A stretch of 64,000 nucleotides of DNA from Octopus sinensis (lineage: Eukaryota), in assembly GCF_006345805.1 (NCBI RefSeq), contig NC_042997.1, positions 168,082,001 through 168,146,000 of the forward strand, read 5' to 3'. Shown here piece after piece: positions 24,132 to 39,030 of this stretch. Position 1 is the stretch's first letter. Every line of letters begins with the position of its first letter. A program made the translations under genes and the position numbers. The notes under the pieces were generated by a model. That model made no database searches, had not been told where the DNA came from, and saw only the letters and a program-made list of their open reading frames with translations.

Positions 24132-25880
24132 TACATATACTCGCATGAGCATGTGTGTGAGGGAAGGTGAGAGCCTTATACTACATAAAATATTTGCATC
24201 TATTTTCCCCCACAATATATCATTTGGAAATATCTTTGTTTTTTTTAATTTTTTTATGGGAAGAAATGAGGAGGTTCGATCTCAGGTTGTTGGATCTGAA
24301 AATCAAAATGAGAACACGCCTGAGAGAAATGACAATATGTAGTCTCCAGCTCTGTGCTGGCATGAGAAAAAAATTCAGTGAAACAACAATGATAATGATC
24401 ATGATAGTTTATAAATTAGAGCTGGATTCTCTTCCAACGGCTTGACCATATAACTTTCAAGTGGAAGCAAATACATTTTGTGAGCCAGGCAGATGACAGC
24501 AAGAGGCGTAATGCATTTTGTATCATAATTTGATAAAGTATATAGCCTGTTCTTATTATAATTAACCATTCAACTACAAAGAAGAAATTATGCCTATTCT
24601 CCCTTTAGATAGGCTGAGACTATTAAATCAATGTCTTACTCACTCACAGACACAGTATGGCTGTAGTAAGATTTGAAAACATGACCTTGTAATGAAATAA
24701 TTAAGTGCCTTCACATCATAGCTATACATAGGTTACTATAAATATTAAACAATTACATCATACACATAAATCCATATAAATAGAAATTGCAAGTATATTT
24801 GTAAAATCATCATATATATAGATTATATACTTAATTTGTTTCATTACAATTCACCTAATTCACATAAAAATGAGAATATTATCTAATATTATCTCCTTTG
24901 AAGGGAGAGGTATATCTCATTTCAGTTTAACATCACTAAACTAGAATTTAAGTATTGGCCCTTAAAAGTGTTTAGGTAATATTTGCACTTTTACTGCATT
25001 TTAAATACAGATGCAGGTAACTGTAAGATTATTTTTTATATGAGGAAAGTGTACTAATGAAACATGTGTTAACACAAATGCCCTTTGAACCATTGTTGAA
25101 AATTAAGATCTGATGCTTAGCTCTTGTTTTACGGCATGAAACTGATGAAATAGACTTGTATCTGGATCGGATACCAGTCTAACACAAGTGAAGTTCCAAA
25201 ACAGATTGGTACCTATTCTTCACAAGTGAACTGAGGCATACTGGAACAAAATGTTCTGCTCAGAAACAAAAAAAATAATTGCAGTATATTTTAGATCACA
25301 GCCTGTGAAGAGATAAACTCTAAATCTACTTGGCCAATTCACATTTTCATGTATTACATCTGTTTCACTCAATGTGACACATAGAAAGCTGAATGCTCTC
25401 AAGTGACACACAGCAAGCCGAATGATACAAATAATACCAAAGTCAATATCCCAGATAAGAAGGGTTAGTGGATTTTGTTACATTACAAAGTAAGCATTTA
25501 AGAATGTAACAATGAAGTGCTTCTCCATCTAAAACCTCAGACTATGAACTGGAACTCAATAGTTCAATAAACTGAATGAATTACCAGTGTGTTAAATTAA
25601 CAAGCAAGCGGCTGAGTATTCCACAGATACATGTACCCTTAATGAATCAGTGTAGTAACACAATGTGTGAAATACAAGTACAATCCAACCAATGGGTTTC
25701 CATACAATTTCCATCAAGTGCATTTCAATTACAAAGCTTAGACATAAACAAAACTATATTAAAAGACAATTACCCAAGATACTACAGTGGGAAAGAAATC
25801 AAAACCTTATGACAATGGAGCAAACTTCTCAACCACTCATGAGCACACACACACACACACAGCTATAAAGGTATTAATAC

Positions 25881-26077
25881 CTCTACAATATTCTGTTTGC
25901 TGAACTGGTTGTGTCATTGATTCATCAGCTGATGTGTCTTGGGACATATAATCCTCATTAGCAGAATCGTCACTGTCTGCATCACTGGCAGATTTATCTG
26001 TTTTGTAGTTCTGGAAACCACCACCTGACCCATAGCAGCCTTTAGTTTTGCCACGATGGTATTTTAAACCGTTGGCA
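25881..26077 (-). CDS. HBP1: HBP1-like exon: end of zinc finger 2 and acidic linker
   Basis: Acceptor ttttcAG, donor G|GTATT. Reads (S)ANGLKYHRGKTKGCYGSGGGFQNYKTDKSASDADSDD...EYCR(E). Phases match both neighbours. Confidence 0.85.
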
Positions 26078-26793
26078 CTGAAAATAGAAAAGAAAAGAGT
26101 AAATTATTAGAAAAAAATATCAAAAGCAAAACAACAAAATATAGTCAAAAAATGAAATTTAAATAATAGCATTCACAAAGATCACACCAACTCAGTAGTT
26201 TGATGAGTACAAGATTATTTTTTATTGTAAAACTAACAAAAGTGAAAGGTCATGACCCTATTCTTGTAAACAGTTTTAACTTCTCACTCAAATTTCCAAC
26301 ACACCAATCCTTTAAAACAATAGGATGGTCCATCTAGGAAGTGACCTGAGATTTCAAATCCACTTCCCTTATTATAATTAGATTTTTCTATCTTTCTTTC
26401 TCTCTCTCTCTCTTTCTTCATCACTCCCTCTACCTATCTCTCTGTCTCTCCTTGTCTAGTCTCAGTAACTATTTTAGCAATTCAACTATTTTTAATGTTA
26501 CATTTTAGTGCATCTAAAAATCATAAACTACTTTTATTTTTCACATAAACATAAAACAAGAATGGATAATTCAGAAGCTGACTACAATAAAAATGGGCAA
26601 TTTAAAAGAACCTCTGTAGCTATTCAGTGTATAAAAAAAATCTTACTGTACTTTTATAATTAAATATTATTTAGGAATTATATTAAAAAAATTAAAATAT
26701 ATTATATATATGACAGCAGTATAAGCAATTAATTGTACATAAATGTTAACAATAAAATCTATCAATGTGGATCCCGGCTGAGAAATGCTTTAA

Positions 26794-27014
26794 CCCTTTA
26801 GTGTTCGCATTATTCTGCCAAAATTTATGCTTTTTCATCCACACTGTTTTGAACTAATCATGCATTATCTTGTAGCTATGAGATTTTGATGAGGTAGCTG
26901 TTAATTTTTAAAACGATATTGTAGGGTTGGTGTGAGAGACCAGATCTGGCCAGTTTGAACATAAAACAGGTAGAATATTTTTGGCTGGATATGGCCGATT
27001 TAAATGCTAAAGGG
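26794..27014. mobile_element. piggyBac-like MITE (TTAA TSD, CCCTTTAG TIRs)
   Basis: TTAA|CCCTTTAG...CTAAAGGG|TTAA. Related copies lie near 10950-11130, 35763-35965 and 58040-58305. Confidence 0.8.
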
Positions 27015-27832
27015 TTAAACTAATACTTATTCAAATACTTCCTCACAGATTTACACTCCATTGAAATTCCTGTCCTGATCACATATTCCTTAAACCTACT
27101 AACCATCAACAAGTCAATATTAACCACATTAATCTTTCCTAATTACCTGAAATAGAAAAATAAGGTCAAAAATATATGAGCAAGCCATTTTCTTTATGTA
27201 TTAACAAACTCAAACAACAAAAACAAAATATTCTATATCAACGAAAAATTTCCTCCTTAACTCTAAATACATGTCTTCTTCGTGCTACTAATAATCTAAA
27301 CATATATGTTAGATGTTAACATCACTGCATATTTTCATTTAACCCTACTCCTCTACTCTGCCTTACTGATAAACTTGTGTTGCCCTGTCACAGCTGGTTA
27401 CCATTATCTTAAGATAAAGGTACCCAGAGTATATCAAGCATTTTCAATAGTGATTCTACTTTTTGGGAATCAAGCCTGACAGAAGTAAGAACCCATGGAA
27501 TAAATTCATTTTGCTGCATATCAAATCAAGATACTAGAAATAGCAAACACTTAAAGTAGGTAGCTAACTAAGCAGTCACACTAAAACTGAAATGCTCTCA
27601 GTTCAAATAGTAACTTTTTTTCTCTTAATATGCATGTATGTAGTGCACTTTAGAAATAAGATGAATGGTGGTAGTATGATTAAAGACAGAGAAACATATT
27701 ATATATATATATATATATGTTGACATTGGAGCTTCACATAGCCCTGAAAGCTCATCAGATCCTGTCAAACCTTCCAATGACATGCCAGTATAGAAACAAA
27801 AGTTGAATGAGGAATTTATACATTATACATAC

Positions 27833-27888
<56 letters not shown>

Positions 27889-28251
27889 TAGCCATAAGTC
27901 AAAAATAACAAATACTCAATATAAGTACCAAAGCAGGTGTATTTTTATATTGTCAAGCAATAAATTGTTTGTTATGTCGGAGATTATATTACAATATGAC
28001 ACCATGTGGTTTTGTTTTATAGCTGCTTCTCTGGCTGTTTGCTTATACATTGTCACAAAAGACTTGCATTATATTTTCTTTGCAAATTTCAAGTTGTATA
28101 ATCTCAGATACTCTATCAAGAACAATCCTAAACCATATAAACAAAAAAAAGTTGTCAATATTATCTAGTGGCATTATTTAACATGAAACCAACAGTATCA
28201 TTATGACCATTTATATGTCAGAACTAGTAATATATTATTTGACAATATAAT

Positions 28252-28314
<63 letters not shown>

Positions 28315-29324
28315 CTACGATCACCTTTAATATCTTTGTCTATTTATACCTGAAAGGTTAAATGTAAAACTGTCTATAAAAACACTTCCTGTACAAGAGA
28401 ATACTTGTTCTTGATATATAGGCAAAAAGCCTGGCTCTTAACCAAACTTTTCTGCTAAGGAAGCCAAACGCTGAAATGTGTTAAGTGTTATCTTCCCTAT
28501 TCGCCAGAAAAACCATCATCATCATCAGCAGCAGCAGCATCATAATAATAATCCTTTCAACTAAAGGCATAAAGTCTGACATTCTGGGGTAGGGGACTAG
28601 TTGATTATATCAACCCCAGTGTTTCACTGGTACTTAATTTATCAACCCCAAAAGGATGAAAAGCAAAGTCAATCTCAGTGGAATTTGAACTCAGAACATG
28701 AAAATGGACAAAATGCCACTAAGCATTTTTCCTGGCATGCAAATGATTCTGCCAGTTCACCTTGCTGTTGCTGTTGTTGTTGATGATGATAATGATGATA
28801 ATCCAACTTGGAAAGTCCAATGAAACAACCACGATAGGACTCCAAATGTAACTCCAAAGTTACACTAACTGGATGATACGGCTAGTAAGGCAATGTGAAC
28901 AGAAGAAAAAACTACACTTAGTCTCAAAAGGGGCATATAAATACAGAGCATAACCTCCCTGATTATGATGATAAAGAGGACACACCACCCACTAAGGCAG
29001 TAAAAAAGTGTAAAACAAAAACCAAACAGGAAAACTTGAAGGTAATATCGAGAGTGTGTCAAGAAAATCCATTGCATGGGCAATACTCCAAACAAAATGA
29101 GGAAGCTGATATAGATATATGAAAAAGTCATCAGTGGCTGCTGAGTGCTGGTTTGAAAGCTGAAACAGTAGGATTTATCCTAGTAGCACAAGATCAGAGT
29201 CTTCTCACCCAGAACTATCAAGCTAATGTCACACACAATGAGGTAGACAAAGTGTAGACTCTGTAATGACAAACTGGAGAGTATTTTGGTTACATTGTTG
29301 CCAGTTGCTCAGTCTTTGCCCCAG

Positions 29325-29860
29325 CAGAATATAAAACCAGGCATGGTTGAGTTGGCCAATACTTGCACTGGAGCGTATGCTATCACTATGATATCTTGCA
29401 CCCTAAGAACTGGTATGAACGCCATCCAGAGCCAGTCACCGAGGAGAGAATGTTACCATCCTATGGGTTTATGAGATACATACAGACAGGCAAATAAATA
29501 CTAACAGAACAGACATTGTTATCAAAGACCCAAGACAAAAATACATGCCTGTTAATTGATATGACAATGCCTACTGATGAACATGTCAGTAAGCGAATTT
29601 GAAAAACTGTTGAAATATAAGGACCTTGAGACTGAAATATCTAGGACATGGCAATTAAAAACCAAAACCATCCCTGTTGTTGTAGATTCCCTGAGAATGG
29701 TCAAGAAAGGAAGTGACAAATTTTTACCAGATCCCTGAGAAACCAACAATCTATGAGATTCAAAAAATTATGTTGACATCAACCACCCATGTTCTCAAAG
29801 TTTCTCTCCATCTAATATATACGTATCTTAGGTCTGTGATTGAGACCTGGTTGGAAGATG
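29325..29860 (+). mobile_element. Degenerate RLE-type LINE C-terminus
   Basis: EYKTRHG*VGQYLHW, RTDIVIKD..LIDMTMP and KYKDLETEISRTWQLKTKTIPVVV, covering the post-zinc-knuckle segment and RLE motifs. Confidence 0.7.
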
Positions 29861-30159
29861 AAATAAAATACAAATCATTTGGAAAATGATAATGATGATG
29901 ATGATAATTTCAAATTTTGGCACAGGCCAGCAAGATCAGAGATCCCAGCTCTCAACTGGTATTTATTTTATCGATTCCAGAAGGATGAAAGGTAAAGCTG
30001 ACCTCAGTGGAATTTGAACTTAGAACATAATAATGTACAAAATGCCACTCAGCATTTTGCCTGACATGCTAATGAAACTGCCAGCTCACAACAACAACAA
30101 CAGTAAAAAAAAAATGAATGAAAAGGGAAAAAAATATAAACATTGCTGAGAAATGAACC

Positions 30160-30300
30160 AAATAAAAGAGGCTTTGTAACAGATGGCTAAAAGAGATTGG
30201 AAAAGAATACCCGGTAGAGCTCCTACAGAAAGTTTGTCTCTTAGGGACAGCAAGGATTATCAGGAGGGTTCTAAGCACGTGAAAAACTGCTGAAAACTTG
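30160..30300 (+). mobile_element. RLE-type LINE extreme C-terminus (second family)
   Basis: LKEIGKEYPVELLQKVCLLGTARIIRRVLST*. Confidence 0.6.
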
Positions 30301-33300
30301 TGGATACCTAAAGTTACAGGTAGTAACCTGCTACCCACATAAATCCTACAAGGAATAAGACCGAACCTGAACCAAACCAAAATATTATAACATCAATTTT
30401 CCATGCTGGTATAGATTGGATGCTTTGACAGGAACTTGCAAGTCAGGAGACTATGCCAAAGTACAACTATTTTCCACTCAATGAGTATTTGAGCTTCAGC
30501 TTTTTAAAGTTCCTTGCATAAATATTTTACCCATTTGCCTATATTATTCCAAATTTTGGCCAACTCTCTCAGCTTTTAAGTTTCCCTTGTAGTTTTATTA
30601 CTGAATAACTGTTTACTGATAAGACTTTGCTGAACATTTAAAACCCTGAAATATAACATACTAAAGAAGAGACTATATTATGATACACTCCAAAAAATAT
30701 TGTGTAACATTAAAAAGAAAAAATTAATATAATTGTTCTAAGGTACCAATAACAATATTATCATTATCTTTTCAGAGACACTCAATTCTCAAGTGAAATC
30801 TAGAGTACAACAGGCATATATTATCTGCTCTAAATTTTTCCTAGATATAAAATGGTTAATGTATAAATGCTGTATCTCACAAACTCATGCGTATCCAGTC
30901 AACAGCTTCTTTCCATCAAGTTTACTGGTTCTCAACCTTTTGTAACTCAGTACCCTTTTCATTGAATGGTGTTTTACAAATCTTCCCTTACCTCATGTTG
31001 CAAAAGAAAAGTAAAAAAAAAAAAAAGACACAAAAACAAACACCGCTGAAGCTATGCATATTTTCTTATATTTATCCCATCTTTGGAATGAACTAAAGCC
31101 CCTAATGTTAAATTTTTACAGAAATTACTAAAGCAAGTAAGGACTTATTAAATGAAATTATGCTGGAATTTAGTATATCAGTCCTTCTCATTTTAATACA
31201 AGATTTATTGTTTTAAATAAAAAGATGTGTTTTAAGTTTAAGTTATGTACTTGGTTTGAATATTTTATTTCAAATAAAAATCATAACTCCTCTAAATCCT
31301 CTTATAAGCTCCCAATGCCCCAGGTGGGGGGAGCGCAACAACTTATGTTAAGAACCACTTGATGAAGGTGATTTAGACTTTGAAAATAGCTGGACAATTC
31401 TCTCTAATAATCATCCTTATCTACTAAACAAATAAACAGATTTTATGCAAAACATCACATGCATTTATCACTACTTATAAGTAAGCACTGAGATGGTGAC
31501 AGAAATACACCCTTCTGAAATACTTTTTTTGTCCGTGATAAAAAAATATGCTAACCTCATATATTCATCCAGATTATCCAACTACACTGAGAACAAAGTA
31601 AACTTTAGAAAAACTTTACTGATAAGATGTCAAGATGACACTGCTAAGAAATATTAATTAATCATTATTGCTGATATCCAACATGCACTAACAAAAAAAA
31701 TTAATATTGGACTATTAATGAACAATGAAGAAAATTGGCTTTAACTCAGTACTTCATCAAAATTAAATTACAGAAAAGTTATAAGTTAGTGTATGCATAT
31801 ACATAACTAATTCAAACTAAATATTTTGAGGAAATGCACAAGACGAGTGTCAAGTCATGGTAAAAGACTCGGCTGCAAACTGAATGTATAAAATTTCCTA
31901 TCACACTGTACTCCCATACAATCAAACAATATATAGCAGAACGTACAGTTCTAAACCAGAGTGAATCATGATGTAACTGATTGTAGTACAACTGTAGGTC
32001 ATTAGAACTTCAGTTTTGAAAGGAGCTGCTCAATTTAACTGGTTTCTAACATAGAATACTTAAAAACAAAAATTGATAGAAGAAAGGAAATGCAATATTA
32101 AATGTATAAAAATTAGTGTGTTGTTGAAATTAACTGCTTACCTCTGGGTTGACATTATGTCATTAAATTAATTACAACTACCAGAATTGTACCCATCTTC
32201 CAGTCACACATTCTCATACAAGCTGTAGTGAATATATATCTATGTCAGATAACATGTATACAACCCAAGAGCAACCCAAAGGTGAATGTGATAGGAGAGG
32301 TAGGAAATCAGAATTTCATAGCAGCACACAACCTTATTATGGTTGTAGCTGGTTAATTCAAGAGAATGCTGATGAGCTAGAAGCTGCATCCTTCAGCAAC
32401 AAGCTTTCTCTTCATTGCTCCGCCCAACTCTCTTTTTCTTTCTCTCCCCAAGCCATCCAAAATAGATCCTGCCCACACTTAGATTCCACTTCACCACCAC
32501 CACCACTTTCAGAACTAGTATAGTAGCTTCACCTAACAGTACACCCACAGTAACGTTCTCAGCTTTCAACCGAAATTACCCACCCCGACTCCCTGTGCAG
32601 TGGGGTTTGACAACCAAAACTGGGCGACCCTCCATTTCCTAACATCAACAACAACAAACATAGCTAAATAAACACTCAAACAAGAGACACAGAGATACAA
32701 AAATAAGGAGGCAGACATGCCAGCCAGTTTCACTCCTCCTTTTCTTCAGAGATTTTGTTGTCGTTGTTTTTTTCTCACACAAATACAAAAAGATGCCTGT
32801 TATCATTAATTTTAGCAAACCTTTCTACTAGTTTCACTTATTCTTGTTGTTACTCTACCCTTCCCTCCTTTATAACATGTAGTTTGTGAAATACAATGAA
32901 CAGTAACAGATATGTGAATGCATGAATTTATATAAGTGTGCCTTAAGTGAGTGTGTGTGCATAACAAACTAGATAGCAGTCTATACTTAAGGCTGTGCTT
33001 AAACAAGGTAGGAAGTTTAGAGAAGTGAAGTTATTGCAACTCCGATTTCTACTTTAGAGTATTTTGGTGCTCCTCGTGTCCAAATTTAAATTCCTCTAGT
33101 GTTAATCTTGCCTTTCAGCCAGATGGTGTCAGAGAAACAAAACCAAGTAAAGAGCTGATTTAATCAACTCTACACTCTCTCAGGGAAAATTAAATTAAGA
33201 TAATATTAGCAAATATTATTTTTCAGTAGTCTTATTTTTATTACATGCATTCAGTGGGTTTTTATTCTGCTTTTTTATGTGCTTTTATTGTACTGAAAGA

Positions 33301-33496
33301 ACTCCATGTAATATGTAGGAAGTGCTTTAGTAATGTTATTTTCTGTATGTTGTGCATACGCATAAAACATAAGATTTTTGTCTAATCACTTCTGAAACAC
33401 CTATATTTATTTTAGGGATTATCTAATTTCAGCTATCAAATTCTGGTTTACTTTACTGATATTTGAATAATTTTTTAGATTTCTTTTGAGGACGCA

Positions 33497-33498
33497 TA

Positions 33499-33548
<50 letters not shown>

Positions 33549-33892
33549 CATTATTATTATTATTATTATTATTATTCAGTAGTTTTATTTTTATAGCGTG
33601 CTTTCACTTTACTACCAAGCGCAGCTCTGTGTGCCTTGGGTATGTGCTGTGATTTGTTGTGATGCTCTGATGGTTATTGTATGGAAAGTGTTCTGCGTAG
33701 GATGTGTGCAGTGCCTAGTAGTGCAATTTTCTGTATGCTATATGTGTTTGTAAGTCCTGGTGTTTTTGTTATGTATTTGTCTGAATATTTTTTTATCATG
33801 CCTAATGCACCTACTATGATAGGAATTGTTTCTGTTTTTAGATTCCACATTCTGGTTACCTCTATTTCCAGGTCTTTGTATTTTATTATATA

Positions 33893-33925
<33 letters not shown>

Positions 33926-33950
33926 CATTATTATTATTATTATTATTATC
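33497..33950 (-). mobile_element. 3' end of RLE-type non-LTR retrotransposon (R4/Dong-like) within (TAA)n
   Basis: KYKDLEIEVTRMWNLKTETIPIIVGALG...IQKIALLGTAHILRRTLS, with (TAA)n/(TGA)n tracts on both sides. Confidence 0.75.
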
Positions 33951-34189
33951 CCTTCAGCATTTAAACTGGCCATATCCAGCCAAAATATTCCAGCCTTTCA
34001 GGGTCAATAAAATAAGTACCAGTCAAGCACTGTGGTGAATATAATTAATTAACCCCCTTCATCAAAATTTCACAAAATGCCTAGTGACATCTTTGTCCAT
34101 CTTTACACTTTGAGTTCAAGTTCTGGAGAGATTGATTTTGTCTTTTATCCTTTCAGGTTTCATAAAGTAAAGTACCAGTTGAGTAATAA

Positions 34190-34495
34190 CGTCGCCTTTT
34201 TCAAGCCTAGCCAGGCTCATGGGCCCAGTTTCCCAGTTTCTGTGGCGTGTGTGTTCCCCCTAGCTGGATGGGACACCAGTCCATCACAGCGTTACTCAAG
34301 AAACAGGAAGACAGAGTGAAAGAAAGTTGTGGCGAAAGAGTACAACAGGGGTAGCCACCACCCCCTGCTGGAGCCTCGTGGAGCTTTTAGGTGTTTTCGC
34401 TCAATAAACACACACAATGCCTGGTCTGGGAATCAAAACCACAATCCTCCGACCGCGAGTCCGCTGCCCTAACTTCTGGGCCATTGCACCTCAAG
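34190..34495 (-). mobile_element. tRNA-derived SINE family 3, nested inside a family-1 SINE
   Basis: Minus head GAGGTGCAATGGCCCAGAAGTTAGGGCAGCGGACTCGCGGTCGG...GATTCCC. It interrupts a plus-strand family-1 copy (about 34100-34190 and 34496-34570). Confidence 0.65.
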
Positions 34496-35204
34496 TTGAG
34501 TAATGGAGACAATGTAATCAACTAGCCCACCTCTCTCAAAAATTTCAGGCTTTGTGCCTATAGTAGAAAGGATTATCATTATTATTATTATTATTATTAT
34601 TATTAATACTATAACTACAACAAAAACTCAAAGTCTTAATTTGTAAAAGAAGGAAACAGTACCAAGTAACTTTTACAGACTTTAACAACATGGAGTGATA
34701 TGAAAACTAAATGCACAATCCAGATGCTACGAATGCACATGGCAAAAACACAAAACACTTAACTTTCACTATCAATCTACATAAAACCTTTGCAAAAAAA
34801 AAAATTATCCGTTACAAACAACAAAATAGTGAACAGAACATCTGTGCTCAAATCTTATTAATGTCAACTAATGAACAAAAGTAACATGCTGGGATCAAAA
34901 CAATAAACTGTAACTCTAGCCTTTCAAAAAATCAGCTTTTACATGAGAGAAATCACAATTATAATGGAAGTACTGATGGATCAATAAACATATGTGACCT
35001 GTTGTTATATTATAAGCATCTTTTAGGATAATTAAATACATTTCTCATATACTACTAAATGAAATCAAAATAGTAGACTTTATTTCAGAAATAAGAATAT
35101 CATAACCAATAATTTAGAAATAAATGTGCCTCATTCAAATCCACTCTACTACTATGTTACAAATGAAAGAATACATACACCAGTGACTTAGTAAGTCATT
35201 ACCA

Positions 35205-35700
35205 TCATCATTTTTACAAATGCTTTTCCAAGATGGCATGGGTTGGATGGGTCCATTTTAAGAAAGGTTCGCTCCACCTGTTGCAGTCTTTGTCATCTTG
35301 CAGAGCTCACTAGTTTTTTTCCCATACCTTCTTCAGCCTACCCTTTTCACAGGCTCCATCAATCTGCATCACTTCACTCTCTTCCACTCAACTATCATTC
35401 TTCATACACATCATTAGCCCATACAATTTCAACCCCCTTTTTCTTTTCTCCTTATACACTACAGTTGTCACCACTAACATTGAGTGATTTTTGCTTCATT
35501 TCTCAAACACATATTCAGAAAGGCATTCTTACATCATTTCTTTGCAGCTTTTACATATCCTCTATAACACTCATGCAATAAAGCCCTTTGTATTCAAGCA
35601 TCATACAGTTTGCCCTGCATTTGTAGGGAGAAGTCCTTTGTCGCCAAACCAAAAAATAACTCCCAGAACTTACTCCATTTCACCCAAAGTCTGGCTACTG
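35205..35700 (-). mobile_element. Old RTE LINE fragment
   Basis: Tail remnant plus a degenerate GLATKDFSLQMQGKLYDA segment homologous to the RTE ORF. Confidence 0.6.
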
Positions 35701-36148
35701 TGCCTTTGCAACACCCACCTCTGCTATTGATCAATCCATCTCAGTAACATAAATTATCAACATAACCCTTTAGCATTCAGATTACTTTGACAAATGTAAT
35801 GCTTATTTATTCACATTGCTCTGAATTAATCACGCATTATTTTGTAGCTTCAAGATTTCAATGATGTGTTTGTATATTTTTAGAATAACATTATTAGAGT
35901 AGGTGTGAGAGGTTGGATCTGGTCAGTCTTAACATAAAGCAAGTAGAATATTTTGGCCGGATATGGTTAACAAGCTTTTTAAGTAGTTAGACTCCATTCC
36001 TTGAGTGCTCTTACTACAGAACAATTCCTGTGGATTTGTTATGTATGAAATCTTTCTATAAAAATATTATTATCATTAGATTGGAAATGTAGACTCTTAG
36101 TTCAAATCAAATTCAATTATATGTATAAATCCAGGAATAAAACACCAG

Positions 36149-36150
<2 letters not shown>

Positions 36151-36180
<30 letters not shown>

Positions 36181-36513
36181 TTAGCGTCCGTTTTTCATGC
36201 TAGCATGGGTTGGACGGTTCAACTGGGGTCTGTGAAGCTGGAAGGCTTCATCAGGCCCAGTCAGATCTGGCAGTGTTTCTACGGCTGGATGCCCTTCCTA
36301 ACACCAACCACTCCATGAGTGTAGTGGGTGCTTTTTACGTGCCACCCGCACAGGTGCCAGACAGAGCTGGAAAACGGCCACGAACGGATGGTGCTTTTAC
36401 GTGTCACCGGCACGGGGGCCAGGCCAGGCTGGCAACGGACACGAACGGATGGTGCTTTTACGTGCCACCAACACGGGGGCCAGACAGAGCTGGCAAACGG
36501 CCACGAAACGGAT
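36151..36513 (-). mobile_element. RTE 3' UTR-only copy, similar to 14560-14918
   Basis: (CAT)n tail, terminal segment and three ~60-nt units. Confidence 0.85.
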
Positions 36514-36876
36514 GATCACAAAATCAAACTAACTGAAATAGGGAAAATGTAAGTATTAACACTTTTTTTTTTCATCTCCTAAGATGAGATGAATAATTCA
36601 GAAAATTATAATCTTACTAACAAATAATCTCAGACATTTAGAGAGTCAACAGAGTAGAGTGTTTACTAGATGACACAAAGAGGAGGCAGAAGTCAGATGT
36701 GAGTGTGTGAACAATGAGCAAAATATAAAACCAATTAACTTTATACTTATAGATAAAGGGCAACAATGGGTTAGAGGAGCAAACATGTACATATGCCTGT
36801 TTACATGAATAAACATTTAAAATATTAGAGAATTATAAAGAAGAACCATGTAATTGAAATTTTGGATAAAATAGTG

Positions 36877-36907
<31 letters not shown>

Positions 36908-37946
36908 TGTGTGTGTGTGTGTGTGTGAGTGTGTGTGTGTGTGTGCGCGCGCACGTGTGCGTGTGTGTGTGCATGTTTGTATGCATGGCTGTTGATTCCC
37001 CATATCATAACTATGGCTATTCGCACAAATAGAAGAGGAAAAAAGTGTAACTTTGTTTATATTCTCGAGTAAATGAATGTTCACCAGACAAGAGAAGGCC
37101 AGTGCAATGAAAAAGGCCTTTCTTGAAAAACGTTTGGAGAGAAAGGACAATAAGAGTATCAAGCTGTAGAAAATTTGCTTCGATAAGATTCGTCTGACCC
37201 ATGCAAGCATGGAAAAACAGATGTAAAACCAATGATGATGATGATGATCATCATCATCATATACACACACACACACATGTATGCAACACATTAACTGTAC
37301 ATGGACAGAAAAAAATAATAAAGTGACCTGCTTTAAACTTTGGTAAAAATAAATCATTCAAAAGAACAATGCAGTGAGCCGACAATTATGACAGCAACAA
37401 CAGCATCAACATAAATAGTCAGAAAAGGTTAAAATTAAGACATCTAAACAACTGAAAGTAGAGGATAATGAAACACACACAAACAACTTATTTTAGGAGT
37501 GCCTGCTATGCAATGCCTTGAGTGTATGTGCACATGCAAGCATGTGTGTGTGTGTTTGTTTTTAAAACAATTGCATCTTGACATTTAAGAACACAAACTT
37601 TACATTTCACTATTTATTTCTGAATAGAACCATGAAGTTCAAAAAAGTCTCATCACTGACATAATCTTGCTGCAACTACAATGACTTGAAGTATGTTTAT
37701 ATCATAAATTTCATTTGATAAAACAAACAAAAAAAAAAACCACTTCCATTAATCAGCAACATTTGTGAGATTTATAGATTAGGCACTATTATCAAATAAG
37801 ACTAATAGTAATTTTTCAGAACATTTCCTCATATTCTATACTAACATTATAAATAAATCTTTGTTTTAGTTTAAAATGTGCAACAGACAAAACTTGAAAT
37901 CTCTAGTACTTTCTGAAGTGTTTACAGCTTTGAAAATAATCGTGTG

Positions 37947-37980
<34 letters not shown>

Positions 37981-38243
37981 TGAGCGTGCGTGCGTGCGTG
38001 TGTGTGTGTGTGATGATACACATCATCGTTTTTAACATCCACTTTTCAGTGATTGCATGGATCAAACAGAATTTGTTGAGACAGCCAAATATCCTTTCTG
38101 TTGCTGACATCCACTTCGTTCCGAAGTGAGATAATTTCCCCAGTCCAAAAATGCTTTCATTGAAGAGTGGAAATGAAGACTACCACTGCAACGACAGTGA
38201 TGCTCATTTAAAACTATCATGAAGTGTCAAGGCAAGGAGACAC

Positions 38244-38285
<42 letters not shown>

Positions 38286-38294
38286 ACATAAATA

Positions 38295-39030
38295 CACAGG
38301 GTGTTAGGGATAAATCTGATGATTTTTTTTTAGTCTCCTTTTTTCAGGAACAGCTTGATGTATTGGTGAACAGTGAACAGCATTGGAGAGCATAAAGATT
38401 ACAGTTGAGAAAAAGTTAGCTGACATGGAGGATCGGGAGTCATCTGAATATTGGAAATGAGTTAACTGTACCATTATGATTCATGCCAGATATCAAAATG
38501 CTCACATCATGATTGCTGCTCAATCTGTGAACACTGTAAAGGCTGTAAGATGTGATATGGGCAGCTGCAATGGAGACTACAAAGCTATGGCTAGCAGGTC
38601 TTTGGATGTGTCTCCAGTGAGGGCGATATCATGCCACCCTCACATTTTTTAATAGGGCCTAAGATAGTTATGCAAAACCACTGAAGATTGTGGTCAATCC
38701 ATGACTGGAGAGGGTTGCTGCAACGTCACATGTGTGGCAGTATGATTCAGCTCCTTGTCATACCTCCAGCAAGAGAGTTAGAAGTGGTTGCTGGAGAGTC
38801 TCTATGACTTCACTGTCCCATCTCCCTTTCAAATTGAGGTATGGTTGAAAAAGACACCAGACATTCAACCTGCAATATCAAGGCCCAAATGGTGACCAAG
38901 GTCAGAGAGGTGTTCAAAGATCTTCCCAGGAAAGAATGCATGTGCCAGGTTCTGGAACCATCTTGAAGCTATGGTGGATGCTGAGGGTGGCTATTTTGAG
39001 TAAATTTTTATATCTCAGCCATAATCTGGT
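38295..39030. mobile_element. Degenerate Tc1/mariner-superfamily (maT-like) remnant
   Basis: Plus-strand C-terminus VEKDTRHSTCNIKAQMVTKVREVFKDLPR...RFWNHLEAMVDAEGGYFE*. The upstream part is poorly resolved. Confidence 0.45.
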
